Source of the DNA: Gekko japonicus
Lineage: Eukaryota
Direction: 5' to 3'
NCBI RefSeq assembly: GCF_001447785.1
Contig: NW_015161963.1
Coordinates: 1 to 64,000 of the forward strand
DNA length: 64,000 nt
The notes beneath the pieces were generated by a model that had not been told where the DNA came from, made no database searches, and worked only from the letters and a program-made list of their open reading frames with translations. Position numbers and translations under genes: made by a program. Shown here one piece after another: positions 1 through 12,229 of the stretch. Within the stretch, counting starts at the first letter, position 1. Every line of letters starts with the position of its first letter.

Positions 1-1004
1 GGCGGCGGCGGCGCAGGGGGTGGCCCCGGGGGGGGCAGGGAGCTGGAGATGCACACCATCAGCTCCAAGGTGTTTGGGGACATCCTCGACTTTGCCTACA
101 CGTCCCGCATCGTGGTGCGCCTGGAGAGCTTCCCTGAGCTCATGACTGCTGCCAAGTTCCTCCTCATGCGCTCAGTCATTGACATCTGCCAAGAGGTCAT
201 CAAACAATCCAACGTGCAGATATTAGTCCCGCCAGCAGCTCGCCCTGACATCATGCTTTTCCGCCCTGGCGCTGCCACCACTGATCTTGGGTTCCCCCTT
301 GACATGACCAATGGCACTGGACTCGCACCCAATGGCAATGGAATCGCTGGAATGCCTGAAGATGAGGCCACCAGGGCCGCGCTCTCTGCAGCTGCCCAGT
401 CGTCCTTGCCCGTCCTGCAGGGTGTAGACCGCCTGCCCATGGTAGCAGGCCCGCTGTCCCCACCCCTGCTGGCTTCACCCTTCCAGAACGTCAGTCCTGC
501 TGCTCCCTCCTTGAACAGCAAAAGGGGAAGGGGCCGACCCCGCAAAGCCAACCTTTTGGACTCCATGATGTTCAGTGCGCCGGGGGGCTTGAGGGATGCT
601 GGTATTCTTCCTTGTGGCCTCTGCGGGAAAGTATTTACGGATGCCAACCGCCTGCGGCAGCACGAAGCTCAGCACGGGGTCACCAGCTTACAGTTGGGCT
701 ACATAGACATCCCACCGCCGAGGCTTGGTGAAAATGGGGTGCCTGGTCTGGATGACTCCGAGGCCCCCCGAAAGAGAAGCCGGACAAGAAAGCAGGTGGC
801 TTGTGAGATCTGTGGGAAGATTTTTCGGGACGTGTACCACTTGAACCGGCACAAGCTGTCGCATTCTGGTGAGAAGCCTTACTCCTGCCCGGTGTGCGGG
901 TTGCGGTTCAAGAGGAAAGACAGAATGTCCTATCACGTTCGGTCCCACGATGGGTCTGTGGGGAAGCCTTACATTTGTCAGAGCTGCGGAAAAGGTTTCT
1001 CTAG
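1..1004 (+). CDS. PATZ1: PATZ1 (POZ/BTB and AT-hook containing zinc finger 1), 3' part of coding exon 1; the start codon lies upstream of the window
   Basis: Frame 1 is open from base 1 (GGGGAGGGPGGGRELEMHTISSKVFGDILDFAYTSRIVV..., the BTB C-terminus). It contains the AT-hook KRGRGRPRK and C2H2 fingers CGLC..HEAQH, CEIC..HKLSH and CPVC..HVRSH. It ends at the donor CTAG|GTAAGA (1004/1005), phase 2. Confidence 0.97.
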
Positions 1005-3885
1005 GTAAGATAATGGGTTCTGAAAGTTGATAAGAAAGACGCTTGTTAACGTCTTAACCACCCTTTTGGTGGCCAACATAATGGTAGTCCATTCTCTCAA
1101 AGACCTGCATGGAAGTCTACCTCACTGCTCCACCAGTTGAAGTGGAACTTTGTAAAAGCTACAGTAGACTGAAGGCATATGCTCCTCGAAGGCCACAGGC
1201 AAGGAGCAGCCTTATACTTCCCATCTCAGCTCAGTTGTGCCATAATTCCGTAATGTTTATTATAGTAAACATGTAATGTGTGGAGGGGAAGGTGCATAAG
1301 ACCAAGCACATGTGCTGTGGAGATGCAATGGCCTGTGGCTCCCTGGTGATTGTCCAGTGTGTGGTGGGAGGGGCATGGCACCTTGACAACCATTTCATGT
1401 TTGTTGTGGAAAACAGTGATGCATTCAGGCTGTCACAGGCAAAGGGGACTCTTAACAGCCTGACCCTATTCGTGTGCATTCAGAAGTAAGTTCAGCTGTG
1501 TTGAATATGGTTTGCTCCCAGGAAAGCGTACACAGTATTGCATCCTTTTAGAGAGCAAACCTCAAACTCCATGGAGTTTGCTTCTGGGTAAATGCATTCA
1601 GAATCGCACGGCAAGACATCACAGCTGTTTAGTGGACATGTAGCTAGGAAAGCTGTGTGCATTTGCTGGGAGGAGAAGGAGGCTTCTTGAGAGATTGGAA
1701 ATCCACAGAGGAGGGGGAGGTGGTGCTGCTAGGTGCAGGAATTCTTAGGTGCAGGATCTGATTTGGAAAACAGCACATTGCTTATAGTTTTCGTGGAGTA
1801 TCAAAGGGTTTGTGGGTTGCTCTGGTCATGTAGCCCTTATAAAACTTATTGGAGTTCGTTTATTTACTTCATTGATATGTCACTTTACTTCCCAATGGGG
1901 ACCCAGTGTGGATTACAACATTTCCCCTATTTTATCCTGACAACCACCCTGTGAAGTCAGTTACACTTAGTGTGTGTGACAGGCCCAAGGTCACTAGGCA
2001 AGCTTTTATAGCAGAGTGGAGATTTGAACCTAAGTCTACCTGATCCTAGTCTGAAACTAACCGGCAGACCCTTTTGGCTTAGTTAATGAGGCTTCTCATG
2101 AGGAGAATGAAATGAACAGTATTTTTTTCTAGCATTTTGCCATTTTACAAATTGGGTGTATTGCAAGATTATCATGGGGGAGATCAGTTCTGTTTTTGTG
2201 TTGCAGTATGTAGATATGAGTGGCATGAATTCTTTCCCCAGCTTTGTCAAGCAGAACTTAGGCATTCCTTTTCCTCCCCCCCCCCTTTAGGAGCAGATGA
2301 GAATGTTTGGAATGATATCTGCCTGTATGTGATGACCTTGATCACATCCAGATTCATGGACTGATGGCAGATTCGTATGACTTTTTTTTTTTTTTTAAGC
2401 ACAGGGCAGTATTCTCTGTCACCTTTATGGTGATGCCCATGTCAAACCAGGACTTCAACCTGGCTTCCTCAACTACTGCTTTAGAAAATCAGGTTTGTTC
2501 AAGGGATGACACCAAATGCTTGTGGTGTCCCACTTCAGTGTGGATCTCTCCGTGGGGCTAATGTTCAGGAGGAAAGCATAGTAGCAAGAGAGGAATGAGG
2601 GTACAAATCGTGCCTTGGTTCCAGTGGATTTCAACAATTTCCTACATTGCACTTATTGTATTATACATTGCACTCTAGTTTGACAGGCCATTGGGCTGCA
2701 GTCCTGTGTAAATTCACTAGGGGATGAGATAACCCCCACTGAATACAGTCAACATTCTAAGTGTGCATGCACATAGGGTTGGGCTGTAAAAGGCCATCCT
2801 GTAGATCCTGTTGTAAGCCTTTCCAGATGGCCCCCCCCCAATGCCATCTCCAGTGCTCCTGTATTTTTGTGCTTGTGCCAGCTGCCACTTATTTTTCAGT
2901 GGTTCTGACATACATATGCACATTTTAAAGAAACATGGCAATGGTGGTGCAGCGCCCCCCCTGATGAGTAGGCGCGGGCTGTTCCCACGCGGAAGGGAGG
3001 GGTTCGCAGCTTAACTAAAGCATCTCTGGCATAGACCCATGTTTAAGCCCTATATCCTGCCAAGACATGCGTGTGTTCATTTGTGCTTGTAGGAGCTTGG
3101 AATATACTGATTTGAATGCTGGGAATTTGTCAACATCTTATGAAAACAGAGTTCGCGGAAATGGAAAATTAAGGGTTTTTCCTGAAACTTTTTTTCTTTA
3201 AGGTTTGCTTAGCTGTTCTCCCCAACCCTTGATTGGTCATAGGAACCTACAAAGGTGCCTGGTACTGAACCAGATCTTTGGTCTGTCATGCATAGTGCAC
3301 TTTATTCTGTCTAGCCAAGGTCTCAGACATGCATCCCTCATCCTTGCTGCTTGAGATCCTTTTAACTAGAATTACAGGGATTGAACCTGGATATATCAAC
3401 ATGCAAAACATGTGATCTGCCTCTGAGCTGAGGCCCTTTAGGCTCCTGGCTTTTTGGAATTGTTCTGAAGTGAATCCAGCATTGAGGTTTGACTGATCAC
3501 AGACTATGAAGTTGCAGCCTCTGGTCTGTGTAATCTCACATTTATCTCTGTTTTATTAAAGGGTAACATTCTTCTGTGCAAAACCAGATGAAATGATCAG
3601 TAGCTGTGCAATTGGGGGGGGATTGTTCCCTTAATCTTTAAATCAAATGGCTGTCTTTTACTTCCCAGTTAAAAATCTGGAAACATACAGTGCAATCCTG
3701 AGGTTACTTCCCTGGGAGTAAATCCCACTGAGTAGACCTGCTTGGGATGGCACTGTTAATATGTGTAGGTGAAACATGCAGCTGGTAGAGCTCAGAAAGC
3801 AATCTGGTGGTGGTGGGGTTCTAACGTAAATCCTATTGTCAAAGGCAGGACTGGCATAAGACATTTTGCCATTCCAAGTGACTTC

Positions 3886-4505
3886 CTGGTGGAATATGAG
3901 AGTTACACTGCAGGATCGTTGTAATTTTGCAAGAGATTCTTTGTGTGCACCTATTGCATTCTTGCACTGCTTCAGTGGTCCTGCTATAAGTACCTTTGCC
4001 CAAAGAATGAACTTGGGTTGTTTGTCCAGTTGGCCAGCCCTGGTTCAAGAAGAATGGGCATTGTTATGGGCAACAGAGTCCACTTGGCGTTTTGTTTTTG
4101 CTTTGCTATTTCAGTACTCCTGTCCAGCACTAGACCTGAATTGTTGGTTTGTTGAAGGGCAGCAAGAAGTTACGAGTAAACTGTAAGATTCTTCTCTGGT
4201 GGAATATGAAAGTTACACTGCAGGATCGTTGTAGTTTTGCAAGAGATTCTTTGTGTGCACTTATTGAATTCATGCACCGCTTCAGTGGTCCTGCTATAAG
4301 TACCTTTGCCCAAAGAATGAACTTGGGTTGTTTGTCCAGTTGGCCAGCCCTGGTTCAAGAAGAATGGGCATTGTTATGGGCAACAGAGTCCACTTGGCGT
4401 TTTGTTTTTGCTTTGCTATTTCAGTACTCCTGTCCAGCACTAGACCTGAATTGTTGGTTTGTTGAAGGGCAGCAAGAAGTTACGAGTAAACTGTAAGATT
4501 CTTCT
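3886..4505. repeat. Head-to-tail tandem duplication of a 310-bp unit (3886-4195 and 4196-4505)
   Basis: Direct comparison of the two units shows about 6 substitutions, all in the first ~85 bp; the rest is identical. Confidence 0.95.
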
Positions 4506-5515
4506 TGCAATAAACTGACTGGAATGGCAGTTGAACTGAGAATTTCCTGCAGCAAAAATCAAAACCCTCTGTTCCCACCCCTGTCCTTTTCACAAAGACC
4601 AAAAAAAAGAGGAGCAGTTGTTTAAGACTTTTCCCCACTTTGGATATATTGAAATTCATCTTGTATCACTTCTTGGTGTACAAGACAGTGGTAGCTTTTG
4701 TGGAATCCATCAAATTTAGGTACATATATTGCTTCAGAGTCTGGATGTCTGTACATTTACTGTGAAATAAATGCCATGACTTTCAGGGGAACACATCACC
4801 AACCAAGCGTTCTTGGGATTGGTGCCTTTGACAAGTCCTGTTGACACAAATGAGACGTCTGAGTAAGCATAGTTAGGATGGGGCCATTATACTCCAGTCG
4901 TAATAACATTTACTTGAAAATAAGTACATTCAAAATTGAGGCATTACAGACCAAACCTAGGTATTCTTGCATGGAAATAACAAATCTTAGAGGGACAGTG
5001 ATGCAGTCTTGTTGTTCAAACTCAGTTAAGGACAACCCCTGCAATCTTTTAAGCTTGAGACACAGGAAGGACTTATTTCCATTCCCCCCCCTCCAAATGA
5101 AGAAAAAGCCTTTTCTTTTGTTGGAAGAAAGACTAATAAAAACTAAGGGACAACAAATCCTGTTACAGCCTTCGTTCACCTGAGCATTACATGTGCGCAA
5201 CAAACTGTCTTAAAAAGAGGTTCTGAAATGTTGTCTAGCCAAAGTTTTTACTGATCTAAGAAAGGAAGGTTGTCAACTTTCCCAGATTTACGTTTCAAGA
5301 GTGGCTTGACTGTTAGAGCAGCTTTAATGTAGGAGTTTGCAGGTGATGTGTGGCATGCTGATGTCTTGAACCAGAGGCCACAATGTGTATTTTCTAGTAT
5401 ATTGGGAACCAGGACCTAAAGGTCCATTATAAAAAAGGAGTCATACCTGTGCTTTTGGCGCCGTCGAGATTGCTGAACTTTTAGTTTAAATTTGAGTTGT
5501 GATGTTTAATTGATT

Positions 5516-5720
5516 GGGGAGTGGCCATGGCTCAGTGGTAGAGCATCCTCCTTGCATGGAGAAGGTCCCAGATTCAATCCCCCTCCTGCATCTCCAGTTT
5601 AAAAGGGATCAGGTAGTAGGTGATGTGACAGATCTGCCCCTGAGCTGCTGCCAGTCAGAGTAGACATTAATGACCTTGATGGATCAATGGTCTGACTTGG
5701 TATAAGACAGTTTCATGTGA
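5516..5720 (+). mobile_element. tRNA-derived SINE with a CR1-like 3' tail (squamate Squam3-like); related copies at ~3250-3440(-), ~35500-35700(+) and ~43487-44050(-, interrupted)
   Basis: A-box TGGCTCAGTGG and B-box-like GATTCAATCC; 3' end GATGGATCAATGGTCTGACTTGGTATAAGACAGTTTCATGTG. Confidence 0.7.
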
Positions 5721-7440
5721 TTAACTGGCTTGTTTGATTGCTTGCTTGGAGACCTTTCAAATGATTTTCAAAAGCACTCCCAATTAATCAGCTGTCATTT
5801 TTTTTAAAAAAAAGGTCTTCCTTCTTTCTCTTTTCTTCTAAACTGGAGCCTGCCATGTTTCTCTCCCCACAGCAGGACTAGTAGTAGTCTCTTGTATGTT
5901 TACAGTGTCAGTAATAAAAAATGAAGCTGGTTAGCGATGTCATCATCAAGGCAAAACATCATACCAGTCAGGCCAGAGCAGACTTTAAGAGCTCACTTCT
6001 GCAGATTTCCTTATTATTATTATTAATTTGATTTGTTAATTGGCCTATTCTTGCTTGTGCAGGACTATGGGTGATGTACAACAAAAAGGCATAGAGCCAT
6101 AAAACAAATATACCAAATATTGAAATTTCAATAATAACAAAATTAAAATAAGAGAATTAAAAGGAGACCAGGTTGAAAAGAAGTCCAAGATGGCATCCCT
6201 AGAAACTGAAGTTGGTGAGGCTTACTTCCAAGTAGCCTGATCCAAAAAGCATGTTTTTCCATCTTCAGGTTTTTTGGGTGTACACATTTACGCAGATTTA
6301 ATCTGTTAATTGATTTCTTTTAGCTGAACAGCATCCCTTACTTTAAAATCCTAAGAAGAGCTCTAGAAATCTGTGTTAATGTTTGCAACAGCCCTTAAAA
6401 TTGAGAATTGATTCATGGGGCATTGTTGCCATGACGCTGGAGGGTGTCTCTGAGCATACAAGAGGCTTTTAGACCCAAACCAGAGTATCCAGTTGGACAG
6501 GTCCACCCCACCTGCCTTTTGCATCAGTCTTAACAACTGAAGAGCTGTTTTATCTCCTGTCTCTCCAGATTCCATTGAGACCTATGTAATTGGCTGAAGA
6601 CAGAAAAACTGGGGGAGGAGGGTGGGATAATTAGTTTCCAAGCAGCTTTTGGGTTTCAGACAATGCAAGGCTTTCTTCCCACCAGGGAGGGAAAAAAACC
6701 CTCCCCCTAAGAAAAGCAGCAGCTTTTCAGGCTCCCTATATTCAAAACAAGACTGGAAAAACAGACCTAACACAGCAATAATTTTCAGTTTCTCTTGCAT
6801 TCTCTAATGGAGATTTTCAGAATTTGTGGGATTAAGGTTACAGTCTTAACAAACACAATAGTCCTATTGCTTGGGAAGTCCTCCCTCTGAACCCGGCTGG
6901 TTCACTTAGAAAGCACTCTGTCCAGCAAATGTTAGCTGTGGGCAAGGACTCTGGAAATCCAAGGCTTAAGAGCATGAAGCCCAATTCTTTACATGTTTAC
7001 TTGGAAGTAAGTCCCACTGAGTCCAGCAGGTGTTATTCCTCAGTAAGTGTGCATGGGTTTGCAGACTAAGAAGAAGGTAAGATCCCTGACTGCCAGGGCG
7101 AGGACGTTTTCTGTGGTGACCTCATCTTTAGAATGGGCTGCCTTTTCTCAGTTCAGGAGGCAGTGTAAAGCTGCATTGTTGAGGTGGGTTGTCTCCTGAC
7201 TTGATTCCAATGCTGTTTAGTTGTATTATTGTTTTTAATATGTCAGCTTTCTGGCCACCTTTAATTTGTTTTGTGCAGTGAGGAAAAGCAGCATAAAAAC
7301 ATAGTAAGTAAATAAGTAACGTAAATCCTATTGTTTTCAATGAAACATCACAGCTGGCTTGGGCTAGGTTTTGTTCTGTGGAAAAGTTTGAAGTAAACCT
7401 GCATAAAAGCAAGTGTCTCAGATCACCTCCCCCTCCCATT

Positions 7441-7443
<3 letters not shown>

Positions 7444-7470
<27 letters not shown>
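7444..7470. repeat. (GA)n microsatellite; (CA)n tracts also at ~17693-17711 and ~21238-21266
   Basis: Seen directly. Confidence 0.95.
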
Positions 7471-7477
<7 letters not shown>

Positions 7478-8338
7478 TCCCATGATGAGCCGCCAGCTTG
7501 AAAATGTTTTGGATAGCTTATTTTTTTCCCTTGAAACTCAGCACCCTGGAATTGAATATGTTGCCTTAATGATTCTAGCTTCTATTTGGTTAGATTGCAT
7601 TTTGCAATCTTGGAAATTTACTTTACTTATATATTTATAATTTAGACACCCCATTTTCAGACACTGCATGCAGGGAAGGATACAAAAGTACTTAAAACAA
7701 ACTATATATAAAACCTCTCAGACAGCTTATATGGCTAAAGTTTTCAAATGAGTGTGTGAAAAGCAATTTCTAGATCTCTAGCTTCTGTAGAAATAGCAGT
7801 TGTCCAGGTGCTCACCACTTACTGTGTATCAGGTAAAAGTTGTGAACGGCTGTATTAGCCTGCACAAAATCCAGAAAGGGGGAGGGGCATGTAATACATT
7901 TTATTGAGGCCAACGTGATGGCCTCAATAAAAAGTGTTTATATGACTTTGTTTCCTTTTATGAATTAGATAGGTCTTCTGGTCTTGTAGCCTGCTTTGGA
8001 AATGTTGTCCAAGATCAGTTAACTCTGGCTCATATCCTCATCTGAGAAGAAATACATGGTATGACTGGAATCCTGCAGACTGGAATCCAGTAGAAGTTGG
8101 TGAGACTTATGCTGCATAGCTGTGCACAGGACTGCAGCAGTTGTTTTGAAAGGAAATTTGTGGAATAAGGTGTTTGTACAGAGCATAAAATATTGGTGAG
8201 CCACATGGGTAAAACATAACTGATGGCGTGAGTGATTTGCACAGCTTAACTAATGTGTCAACTGAAAATCTTAGTTGGTTTGGATGCAAAAGTAATTGTA
8301 GATTTATTCATTCTTTTTGTACGTTTTCTTTTTTAAAG

Positions 8339-8402
8339 GCCTGACCACTTGAACGGGCACATCAAACAGGTGCACACGTCAGAGAGACCTCACAAGTGTC
8401 AG
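8339..8402 (+). CDS. PATZ1: PATZ1 exon 2 (64 nt): (R)PDHLNGHIKQVHTSERPHKCQ
   Basis: T-rich tract then AAAG|G acceptor, and CAG|GTAGGA donor. It completes the finger begun in exon 1 (CQSCGKGFSRPDHLNGHIKQVH). Confidence 0.96.
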
Positions 8403-9415
8403 GTAGGAATGGCGGGGGGGGGGGGGGGGGGGGGAGGAGGGTATGCAATCGTAAAAGAAGGTGTGAGCATGCAAAGAATATGGAAGCGTATTTTATGATA
8501 GCGGGGGTGGCCATTCCTTGCAAATGTCCCCAGGAGACTGCCTGCTCCTTCGCATCTCTGTCTGTGCCGGCCCCATCCTCATCCTGATGTCATCAGTTGT
8601 GTCTCTGGCTCTTCTGCATCCCCTCCCCCTTCCCAGATGTTCCTTCCTGCGTCTCAGGCTAAGCCCCCACCCTGGATCTGTTTCTTTGCAGCTTCGTCTT
8701 TGTCAGTACTGCAGATGGTTTCTCTCTTCTCTTCTGTGTGCCCACCAACAGGTGGCTCACGTGTCGTCTTTTAATTTTAGAAAAATTCTAGTTAGTAATT
8801 ACGCATTAAGATGTTACAGCTCACTCCCCCCCTCATCCCCACTTTGAACAGCCTTCAGAACATTGCACTGAGCAAAATTGGAAGCTTTTTCTTTTTTCTC
8901 CCCCCAGCGAGGAGCAATGTGTAGTATCAGCTCAGTATTAACTGTGACACTGTATATGTGTGTGTTTTCAGTTACACATATGTTTATGCTTTAGTATGAA
9001 GAAAAACTTGGTTAGACCTTTTACATTTAAACTGAAATGACAGATCACATTCATTATTATATTAATGGGGATTTCTGTTTTTTGAATGAGGTTGTTTGTA
9101 GACACCAGGACTTGATGCAGATGTCATATTTCCCAGATCGCTGCAACTTTCCCTTCCTGTTCATGCACAATCTCCCCCGCCCCCCCCTTAAGGTTCATTA
9201 GTAAATACAATCATTGTTAACCTTTCATAAAGTGAACCAGGGAGGGGAGGGTGCCCCTAAATTGTTACTTTCGGAACCTGGCTTTAATAAAGAAGCATCT
9301 CTCGACTCCTTTTAAGTGATTGTTAATAATGGTCACATACAAGGCAATGCCAGGATTTTGGAACCCTTTAGGTGGTCCCCTGAATCTTGAAGGAGTTGGG
9401 AGTATAAGCTGATTA

Positions 9416-10373
9416 ATTCAAGATGAGTAGCTGTCTTAGTCTGTCTGTAGCAGTAGAAAAGAACAAGCATCCAGTAGCACCTTAAAGACTAACAAAATTT
9501 GTGGCAGGGTACATGTTTTCGTCAGGGTCGTAGCCAGAAAATTTTGATTGGTGGGGCATTGGGAAATCCCGTGGGACACTTGCTCATCCTTCGAAAATGA
9601 AATGCTCAACCAGCAAGTTTTTTTTACAAAAAGCAACTAACAGGTGCCTGGTTGCTGTTGCCGCCACTGCCACTGCTGCAAAGCGCCTTGACATATTCCG
9701 GCTGGGGCTTGGTGCAATACCCATCCCATCGCAGCAGGTAAGAGGGGACTCCCTAGTTGCCAGCACAGTGCAGCTCATCACAACCTAGGCTTGGCTGGTG
9801 GCTTGAGGGGGGGAGGGCTGAATGACAGGGAAGTGTAAGACAAGGAAAACTGTGGAGGAAGACTTCTTGACTTTCTGTCTCCCCACGACTCAGGCGCTGA
9901 AGAATAGGCGACCCCCTCCCTTTCAGCAGCTTGCTGGCAGCCTTGAAAAGCCAGCGGGCACTGAGGAGGACGGAAAGAGAGAGAGGGCGGAGGAGGAGGG
10001 GGGCACCTGGTTGCTGTTGTTGCTGCTGCTGCTACTGCTGCAAAGTAGCTTGATGCATTCCAGCCAGGGCTGGTGTGATTAATATTTGGCAAGGTGGCTA
10101 ACAAGCACTCCAGCCATGCAGCCTCCACCTCCATGCCCACTGCCGGACTGGCAGGTAAGGACACAGTCAGGGGCAGCAGGAGTCGTGGGGCGTGGGCCTT
10201 GAGCGATGGGGCATGTGCCTCTAAGTGCCCCACTGTGATTACGCGCCTGGTTTTCATGAGTCACCACTCACTTATTCAGATCTGAAGAAGCAAGCAGTGA
10301 CTCACAAAATCTCATACCCTGCCACAAATGTTGTTAGTCTTTAAGGTGCTACTGGACTCTTGCTCTTTTCTAC
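9416..10373. mobile_element. Inverted pair of Penelope-like (PLE) terminal repeats, interrupted by a hAT element
   Basis: TCCAGTAGCACCTTAAAGACTAACAAAATTTGTGGCAGGGTA... with its reverse complement at 10315-10360; degenerate CTGAAGA...GAAA hammerhead core. Confidence 0.7.
9523..10249. mobile_element. Non-autonomous hAT DNA transposon (727 bp)
   Basis: Imperfect TIRs CAGGGTCGTAGCCAG / CAGGCGCGTAATCAC; 8-bp TSD GTTTTCGT (9515-9522) / GTTTTCAT (10250-10257). Confidence 0.8.
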
Positions 10374-11807
10374 GGCTTAATTCAGTTATTCTTGGGTGTT
10401 CTGCACAAAGAATGTCAGCTCTGTTAGGGAAGAAGACCTTTAGTCTTGGGGCCTTGGCAAATGCCTGTCCTTGCTGTCCTCTGAAGCCAACTCGTTGTTT
10501 GCAAAACCATCTTATTTGCCACCTTGAGTTTAAGTTAAGGTAGAGTGACCCCCCCCACTTCTTAATAACTAAGACAATCCCTCCTAAAGAGGCTGGATGA
10601 GTAGGCTTGTACAGAAAGAGGTGTACCCTGGTGCAAGTTGACCTCAGGCGTTTGGGACTTTAGAAGTTAATCTGGGGCCCAGTGGGTAACAGGCAAGCCG
10701 TGCAGATCCTGCAAATATGAGCCTGCCTCCTTGTCCTCAGTTAGTAGGTGGGTGCCTGACTTCTGTCCTACCTGATGCTTTCGAACATTTTCCAAAGGTA
10801 CGCCCATGTCGGCTGTGTTTCACTTTGGCAGAAATCCGGAAATACTAGTGAAATCTGCCAGACAAACTCCTTTAAAAAATCTTTCATAAATATTTGCTTG
10901 TACAGCAACTTTTCTTTTTTTGCTTAATTACTTTTCCAGCCAAAATTTTGTTTTAGTTTTGAGGGAGGGGAGTGTCCCCTGTAGAACTTTAGAGTAAAAT
11001 CCATACTCTTCCTTTCTCCTGCCCCTTCTTTCCAGGTGAGTCATGGAGGGATAGGGAATTCTAAGTCCACATTTGCCAACCGAGGCTATGCTTTGTGTGA
11101 CTGCTGATTCCTAACCTGGAGATTTCAGTAGTGCCTTAGACATATTCCCAGACACAGATTCTAGGTCCCTGACTATATTACATGCACTGCAAATCAGGTT
11201 GCTAAGGAGCTGGCTGAGATGATCTGTTTGCTGCCTTTCCCTCTGCTGATCTTTTCCATGTTGAGTAATACAAAAGGTGTTTGGAGGCTCAGCAATCTTC
11301 AGTAGCCTCCAGGTTTTTACTTGTGGGGATTGTGGATTTTTATTTTGGTTTTTGTGCAATGAAATGTTTCTTTGCCAGTTTTCATTCAGAGTGCCACAGT
11401 AGCAAACCTTCCCACAGGGAGTGGGAAACTCACAAATGCAAAGCCTGGGTGTGACCATTTTGGCACAGTATAGTTAATTTCTGCATAGTTGCAGGCTTTA
11501 CCATGTTCCGGCACTAGTCGAAAAGACCAGCCCTTTGAAAAAGAAAAGGCAAAGAGATCCCTTCAGGCCTGGAGTTGTGGGCAACTACCCTGTAAGCGTA
11601 TAGGCCTCCCAGAAAGACCTACGTTCACCATTAAGAGAGCAAATCTTATAAATGTCATTTTCACCAAAGTTCAAAAGCTAGGACACCAAAGACAGCTGAT
11701 TTTAAGCTACCTTTCTTATATTCCAGCTTGCTTTAGAGGTAGCAACCCAAATTGTGATGAGGATATTGGGGAGTCTTGGCAGTCCTAAAGCAGCAGCCTG
11801 ATAGTTG

Positions 11808-12228
11808 TGTACAGGATTAGCCCACTCAGGCGAGGCCAGGGATTAAAGGGAATACTGTACTTTTCGGTACATTAAACAACAAACCACGAGATGGTCTATA
11901 TCCTCTCTGGTTTTCAGAACAATATGCCACCAGAATCTCTTTTCACTAGTCCCTGCTTTTCCTAAGGGAGAGATTCCAAACCCTTAGTTGGCATCTGGGA
12001 CAGAACACATTAGCAACTCAATCCAGAGATGCATACTTTTTACCCTCCAATGGTAGCGTATGTGGTCAGGGTTAGGCCCAAGACTTAGACTTGGAATCCA
12101 AGTTACAACATCAAAGACAAATTAGCAATAAGAAGAATCTTTATTCAGTACAGAGCACAGCAAACAGACTAGGAGATTACAAAATAACAAAGGCTAGGGC
12201 AATTTGTCTTAACTACACATTGAAGATA
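11808..12228 (-). mobile_element. LTR-like repeat, copy 1 (interrupted by a LINE fragment)
   Basis: Begins TGTACAGG; collinear and clearly homologous with 13529-13950; minus-strand AATAAA (CTTTATT near 12140). Confidence 0.55.
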
Positions 12229-12229
12229 T

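Noticed and set aside
96-948. Antisense ORFs over PATZ1 exon 1
   Set aside because: Shadow ORFs of a GC-rich coding exon.
2961-2996. CTGATGAG...GAAG hammerhead-like string
   Set aside because: Stem II does not abut the core, GAAA is absent, and there is no stem I or cleavage triplet.
3866-4496. Two similar ~110-aa ORFs
   Set aside because: A by-product of the 310-bp tandem duplication, with no domain or splice support.
5516-5590. tRNA gene candidate
   Set aside because: The cloverleaf is degenerate and continues into a SINE body and tail.
8403-8498. Read-through of PATZ1 exon 2 as an equivalent of the human short isoform
   Set aside because: Gives a short Gly-run peptide whose frame depends on the homopolymer, with no resemblance to the human extension as I recall it.
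8692-8751. Possible in-frame 60-nt cassette exon (LRLCQYCRWFLSSLLCAHQQ)
   Set aside because: Weak donor (GTGGCT), it would split a zinc finger between its cysteines, and I have no homology support.
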